Origin: Dehalococcoidia bacterium
GTDB lineage: Bacteria; Chloroflexota; Dehalococcoidia; UBA2979
Length of the DNA: 28,321 bases
NCBI GenBank assembly: GCA_964291495.2
Contig: OZ219873.1
Span: 1 to 28,321 of the forward strand
Direction of reading: 5' to 3'
The translations under genes were made by a program, and so were the position numbers. Every line of letters begins with the position of its first letter. Position 1 is the first letter of the stretch. Below the pieces are notes generated by a model that saw only the letters and a list, made by a program, of their open reading frames with translations, did not search any database and was not told the DNA's origin. Of this stretch, positions 23,755 to 28,321 are shown in pieces.

Positions 23755-25503
23755 GTGGCGGAACCACACGGCGAGCAGGCACGTCCCGACTACATGACCT
23801 GGCGGCACTGGCTGCTGGCATCCCTCATCGCGGTCGCGCTCGTCGCGCTGCTCGGACGCCTTGCCTGGATTCAGATCGCGAACCACGACCGCTACACGGA
23901 GCTGGCGGCAGCCGCGCGCGCGGACAGGGAGCTGCTGCCCGCTCCGCGCGGCGCCATCCTCGACGCCTCCGGTCATCCCCTCGCCATCTCCGTCGACACC
24001 TGGGACCTCTACATCGACTCGTTCCTCTGGCAGGACCGCGAGCGGGCCGGCGAGGCGGCGGTCGCTCTCGGCGCGGCGATGGGCATGGACGCGGAAACGC
24101 TGTTCGAGCTCGGCATCTCGCGCGAGATCGGCGACGTGATCGTGCAGCGCTTCATCGACTACGAGCGTGGGCTCGAGCTGCGAGAGCGCGGTATCTGGGG
24201 CGTGCGCCTGCTGCCCAGCTCGCGGCGTGTGTACGCCGAACAGGAGCTGGCCGGACCGCTGATCGGCTACGTCGGCCTCGACGGCTCGGGCCTGTGGGGC
24301 ATCGAACGCGACTTCGACCCGATCCTGCGCGGGAGTCCTGGCCTGCTGCTCTACGAGCGCGACGCGCTCGGCCGCCCGATTGCCTTCGCGGCCTCCGGCG
24401 GGCGCGAGCCGACCGTCGGGGGCGAGGTGCAGCTGACGATCGATCGCTTCATCCAGGCGATCGCCGAAGAGCGCCTCGCCGAGGCGGTCGAGGCGAACAA
24501 GGCGAGCGGCGGGACGATCATCGTGATGGAGCCTCGCAGCGGCGCGATCCTCGCGATGGCCTCCCTGCCGAGCATCTCCCTCTCGGGGGTCGACCTGGAC
24601 GACGAACAGGTGCTCGATCTGGCCCGCAACCGCGCCATCTCCGACGTCTACGAGCCCGGGTCGGTCTTCAAGACGCTGACGACCGCGACGGCGCTCGATC
24701 TCGGGCTGATCACGCCCCAGACGACCTACGTCGACGAAGGCTGGGTGCGCGTCGGCGGTCACACGATTCGCAACTGGGACTTCACCGGCTATGGCGAGGT
24801 CACGATGACCGAGTTCCTGCAGCGCTCGCTGAACACCGGCTCGATCTGGATCTCGCAGCGGATCGGGCCGGAGCACTTCTATCAGTACCTCGAGCGCTTC
24901 GGCGTCGGCCAGCCGACGCACATCGAGCTCTCGGGCGAGACGCCGGGCCTGCTGCGCCGCGCCGACGACCCTGCGTGGTACCCGGTGGACCTCGCGACGC
25001 ACTCCTACGGGCAGGGGCTGGCGGCCACGCCGCTGCAGGTGATCAGCGCGGTCAACACGTTCGCCAACGGCGGGCTGTTGATGCGCCCCCAGATCGTGCA
25101 CAGTGTCGTCGGCAGCGACGGCGTGCGCACGCACGAGCCCGTCGTCGTCCGCCGCACCGTCTCCCCGGAGACCGCCAGCACCATGGCGCGAATGATGCTC
25201 GCAGTCGTCGAGGGCGTTCCCTATCACCTCGCCCGCGTCGACGGCTATCGCGTCGCCGGCAAGACCGGCACCACGATCGTGACGATCGAGGGCGCCTACG
25301 ACCCGGACACGACCATCGCGTCCTTCGTCGGCTTCCTGCCGTACGAGGATCCGCGCGTCACCATCCTCGTGAAGATCGACGAGCCCCGGGGCGAGTCCAA
25401 CCTGGCCGGCATCGTCGCCGCGCCCGTCTTCTCGACGATCGCCGCGGATATTATGGAGTACCTCCGCGTGCCCCCGACGGAGCGGCAGGTCAACGCCCCA
25501 TGA
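23755..25503 (+). CDS. ftsI: Class B penicillin-binding protein (FtsI/SpoVD-like transpeptidase)
   Basis: RGAILD, RRVY, GIE, LTID, EPGSVFK (SxxK), SLN (SxN), AGKTGT; GTG 23755 has GGAGGGG 7 nt upstream. Confidence 0.92.
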   Translation: MAEPHGEQARPDYMTWRHWLLASLIAVALVALLGRLAWIQIANHDRYTELAAAARADRELLPAPRGAILDASGHPLAISVDTWDLYIDSFLWQDRERAGEAAVALGAAMGMDAETLFELGISREIGDVIVQRFIDYERGLELRERGIWGVRLLPSSRRVYAEQELAGPLIGYVGLDGSGLWGIERDFDPILRGSPGLLLYERDALGRPIAFAASGGREPTVGGEVQLTIDRFIQAIAEERLAEAVEANKASGGTIIVMEPRSGAILAMASLPSISLSGVDLDDEQVLDLARNRAISDVYEPGSVFKTLTTATALDLGLITPQTTYVDEGWVRVGGHTIRNWDFTGYGEVTMTEFLQRSLNTGSIWISQRIGPEHFYQYLERFGVGQPTHIELSGETPGLLRRADDPAWYPVDLATHSYGQGLAATPLQVISAVNTFANGGLLMRPQIVHSVVGSDGVRTHEPVVVRRTVSPETASTMARMMLAVVEGVPYHLARVDGYRVAGKTGTTIVTIEGAYDPDTTIASFVGFLPYEDPRVTILVKIDEPRGESNLAGIVAAPVFSTIAADIMEYLRVPPTERQVNAP

Positions 25504-26939
25504 GCGCCGCGAGCAGGCGCGCGCCCGCCCTCGATGCCGATTTCGTCGCAGCCGCGCTGGGCGAGACGCTGCGCGAGCGAAGCGGCTCCGGCGCGCCCTT
25601 CCGGCGCGCCGTCATCGATTCGCGCCGCGTCGAGGCCGGCGACCTCTTCGTCGCCCTGCGCGGCGAGAACGTCGACGGCCACGACTTCGCGGCCGACGCC
25701 CTGGCGCGCGGCGCTGCCGGGCTGCTGCTGGAGCGCCCGCCCGAGGACGACCTGCCCGGCAGTCCGGCCGTCTTCATCGTCCCCGACGCCCTCACGGGGC
25801 TGCAGCGCCTCGCGGCAGGCTGGCGCGAGGCGCTCGATGGCCTCGAGGTAATCGGAGTCACCGGCAACGTCGGCAAGACGACGACGAAGCTGATGGCGTC
25901 CGCCGTCCTCGAGCGCCGCTATCGCGTGCGCACCTCCGCGCTGAACTACAACAACGAGATCGGCGTGCCGCTCTGCCTGCTGGAGCTCGACCCAGGCATC
26001 GAGCGGACGGTGATCGAGCACGGGATGTACACGACGGGCGAGATCGCCCAGCTCTGCGAGTGGACCCGACCGCGCGTCGGCGTGGTGCTCAACGTCGGTC
26101 CGGTGCACCTCGAGCGCGCCGGTTCGCTGGAGGCGATCGCGCGCGCCAAGCGCGAGCTCGTCGAGGCGCTTTCCGCAGGCGGCCACGCGCTGCTCAACAG
26201 CGACGACCCTGTCGTCGCCGCGATGGCCGATCACACCGCTGCCCGGGTGCTGCGCTTCGGAACCTCCGAGGGCGCCGACGTCCGTGGCAGCGAGCTGGCC
26301 TCGCACGGCGCGGGCGGCTTCAGCTTCACCCTCGAGGCGGACGGCGAGCGACGGCGCGTGAACGTGCCGCTGCCGGGCGCCCACCTGCTGCCGAACGTGC
26401 TCGCCGCGGCCGCCACGGGACTCGTCGAGGGCGTCCCCTTCGCCGAGGTCGCGGCTGCCCTCGAAGCGCTCGACGTGCCGCTGCGGCTGACCGTGCGCTG
26501 CCTGCCGGGCGGCGTGACGCTGCTGGACGACACCTACAACGCGAGCCCGGCGGCGACGCGGGCCGCCCTCGACCTGCTGGGCGAGATGTCCGGCCGCCGC
26601 ATCGCGCTGCTCGGCGACATGCTGGAGCTGGGCGACCTCGCGGAGTCCTCGCACGAGCAGGTCGGGCGCCACGCGGCGCGCCGTGTTGATGCGCTGTTCA
26701 CGGTCGGCAACCTCGCGGCTGTGATCGCGCGAGCTGCGCGCCAGGCCGGCCTCGGCGACGTGCGGACGCTCGGCTCCAGGGCGGAAGCCGCGGAGGCGCT
26801 GCGCGCGCTGCTGCGGCCCGGCGACGCGCTGCTGGTCAAGGGCTCGCGCGCGCTCGCCCTCGAGACGGTCGTCGAGGCACTGGAGGCGCTGCTGGCCGGA
26901 GAGCCGGACGATGCAGCCACGGGGGGAGGCGGATCGTGA
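25500..26939 (+). CDS. murF: UDP-MurNAc-tripeptide:D-Ala-D-Ala ligase
   Basis: DSRRV, LFVALRGENVDGHDF, TGNVGKTTTK, NNEIGVP, DDTYNASP, GDMLELG, LVKGSR; ATGA overlap with the ftsI stop. Confidence 0.95.
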   Translation: MSAASRRAPALDADFVAAALGETLRERSGSGAPFRRAVIDSRRVEAGDLFVALRGENVDGHDFAADALARGAAGLLLERPPEDDLPGSPAVFIVPDALTGLQRLAAGWREALDGLEVIGVTGNVGKTTTKLMASAVLERRYRVRTSALNYNNEIGVPLCLLELDPGIERTVIEHGMYTTGEIAQLCEWTRPRVGVVLNVGPVHLERAGSLEAIARAKRELVEALSAGGHALLNSDDPVVAAMADHTAARVLRFGTSEGADVRGSELASHGAGGFSFTLEADGERRRVNVPLPGAHLLPNVLAAAATGLVEGVPFAEVAAALEALDVPLRLTVRCLPGGVTLLDDTYNASPAATRAALDLLGEMSGRRIALLGDMLELGDLAESSHEQVGRHAARRVDALFTVGNLAAVIARAARQAGLGDVRTLGSRAEAAEALRALLRPGDALLVKGSRALALETVVEALEALLAGEPDDAATGGGGS

Positions 26940-27901
26940 CGCATGCGCTGCTTTCGGGTGCGGCGGCCTTCGCCGTCGCCCTGCTCGCCGGCCGCCCGTT
27001 CGTGCACTGGATCCGCGCGCAGCGGCTGGGCAAGGCGATCTCCGAGGAGGGACCGTCCTCGCACAACATCAAGGCCGGCACGCCCACGATGGGCGGCCTG
27101 CTGATCTTCGCCGCAGTCGCGATTGTCACGGTTCCGACAAACCTGCTGGAGCGGCTCAGCATCCTGCTCCCGCTCGGGGTCGTGATCTCCGGGATGATCG
27201 TCGGCGCCATCGACGACCTCGGAACGCTCACCGAGCGGTTCAGGCAGCGCGCGGCGCTGAGCTGGCGGCTGAAGTTCCTCTACCAGCTGGCGCTCTCGGT
27301 GGTCGTCGCGGCGGTGCTCTATTTCGCCCTCGAGGTGCAGAGCATCAACGTGCCCTGGCTCGGCCAGTTCGAGCTCGGCCTCTTCTACATCCCGATCGCA
27401 ATCGGGACCGTGATTGCCACCACCACGGCGGTATCGATCACCGATGGGCTGGACGGGCTGCTGGGCGGAACCGCCGCGATCGCATTCGGCGCCTACGGCG
27501 TGATCGCGTTCATCCAGGGTCAACTCTTCCTCGCCAACTTCTCGTTCACGGTGGCCGGCGCGCTGCTTGGCTTCCTCTGGTTCAACGCGCATCCGGCGGC
27601 CCTGTTCATGGGCGACACGGGCGCGCTGCCCCTCGGCGCCGCGCTGGCCACGGTGGCGCTGATGACCGGGCATTGGCTGCTGCTGCCGATCATCGGGATC
27701 GTGTACGTGATCGAGGCCGGCTCGACGCTGATGCAGATCGCCTATTTCAAGACCACCGGCGGGCGGCGGTTCTTCCGCATGACGCCGTTCCACCACCACC
27801 TGGAGCTGATTGGCTGGAGCGAGCCGCAGGTGGTGATGCGGCTCTGGCTGTTCGGGATGACCGGCGCGATGGTCGGAATCGCGCTCGCACTTGCGGTTTG
27901 A
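26936..27901 (+). CDS. mraY: Phospho-MurNAc-pentapeptide transferase
   Basis: KAGTPTMGG, GAIDD, TDGLDGL, FNAHPAALFMGDTG, MTPFHHHLE; many TM helices. Confidence 0.97.
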   Translation: MTHALLSGAAAFAVALLAGRPFVHWIRAQRLGKAISEEGPSSHNIKAGTPTMGGLLIFAAVAIVTVPTNLLERLSILLPLGVVISGMIVGAIDDLGTLTERFRQRAALSWRLKFLYQLALSVVVAAVLYFALEVQSINVPWLGQFELGLFYIPIAIGTVIATTTAVSITDGLDGLLGGTAAIAFGAYGVIAFIQGQLFLANFSFTVAGALLGFLWFNAHPAALFMGDTGALPLGAALATVALMTGHWLLLPIIGIVYVIEAGSTLMQIAYFKTTGGRRFFRMTPFHHHLELIGWSEPQVVMRLWLFGMTGAMVGIALALAV

Positions 27902-27910
27902 TGTATCCTC

Positions 27911-28321
27911 GTGGATAAACAAAAAGGCGAAGGCGCTAGCGCACGTGCCCCGAATCTGGGGGGAGCCCGCGTGACCGTCGTAGGGCTCGGCATCGAGGGT
28001 ATCGATCTCACCCGCTTCCTCGCGGCCGAAGGCGCGCGCGTCACCGTCTCCGACATCCGCACTCCCGAGGAGCTCTCCGAGCCTCTCGCCGCCATCGAGG
28101 ATACCGGCGCGACGCTCTCGCTGGGAGCGAATCGCGAGCAGGACATGACCGGCGCCGACTGCGTCTTCGTCTCGCAGGGCGTGCCGCCCGACCTGCCGGC
28201 GTTGCGCGCGGCGCGGCGCGCCGGCGTGCCGATCTCCTCGATGACGCGACTCTTCCTCGAACGCTGTCCCGTACCCGTTGCCGGCATCACCGGCTCGTCC
28301 GGCAAGACCACCACCACCGCG
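27911..28321 (+). CDS. murD: UDP-MurNAc-L-Ala:D-Glu ligase, 5' part (runs off the window; start uncertain)
   Basis: Frame from GTG 27911 reads ...ARVTVVGLGIEG...GARVTVSD...VSQGVP...VAGITGSSGKTTT; follows mraY. Confidence 0.9.
   Translation, partial: MDKQKGEGASARAPNLGGARVTVVGLGIEGIDLTRFLAAEGARVTVSDIRTPEELSEPLAAIEDTGATLSLGANREQDMTGADCVFVSQGVPPDLPALRAARRAGVPISSMTRLFLERCPVPVAGITGSSGKTTTTA

Noticed and set aside
23748-25499. 1063-aa ORF suggesting a large N-terminal fusion to MurF
   Set aside because: The first 584 codons are an Arg/Ala-rich off-frame shadow of ftsI; MurF motifs begin only after ATG 25500.
27910-27918. DnaA-box-like CGTGGATAA (8/9 match) in an AT-rich patch at the mraY-murD junction
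   Set aside because: A single imperfect box with no cluster or unwinding element, overlapping the probable murD start.

Overview
A very GC-rich, gene-dense bacterial chromosomal region made almost entirely of housekeeping genes. Protein style and gene order suggest Chloroflexota, possibly Dehalococcoidia-like (inference only). Minus strand, in order of transcription: aspS-oppA-oppB-oppC-tig; a 203-aa unknown protein coupled to a Zn-dependent HDAC-family deacylase; and mog-trmD-small membrane ORF-rplS-priA-def-yajC-secD-secF. Plus strand: hemW with a 93-aa zinc-ribbon ORF; selB; and the start of the dcw cluster (mraZ-rsmH-ftsL-ftsI-murF-mraY-murD, truncated, no murE). I found no tRNA, rRNA, CRISPR array, integrase or transposase. 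Most notable: (1) SecF carries a ~165-aa extracytoplasmic insert that looks like a bacterial SH3-type domain split by an acidic loop; (2) a 216-bp MITE has 18-bp imperfect terminal inverted repeats, a 5-bp duplication of a hairpin loop and two inverted BoxC-like units, with a second truncated copy 11 kb away; (3) a coiled-coil / 10-aa-repeat / wHTH-like protein is coupled to the deacylase; (4) three genes look leaderless (TAnnnT-N6-ATG), including a 56-aa membrane ORF missing from the ORF track; (5) def probably starts at CTG. Functional calls come from motif recognition by eye; no searches were run.
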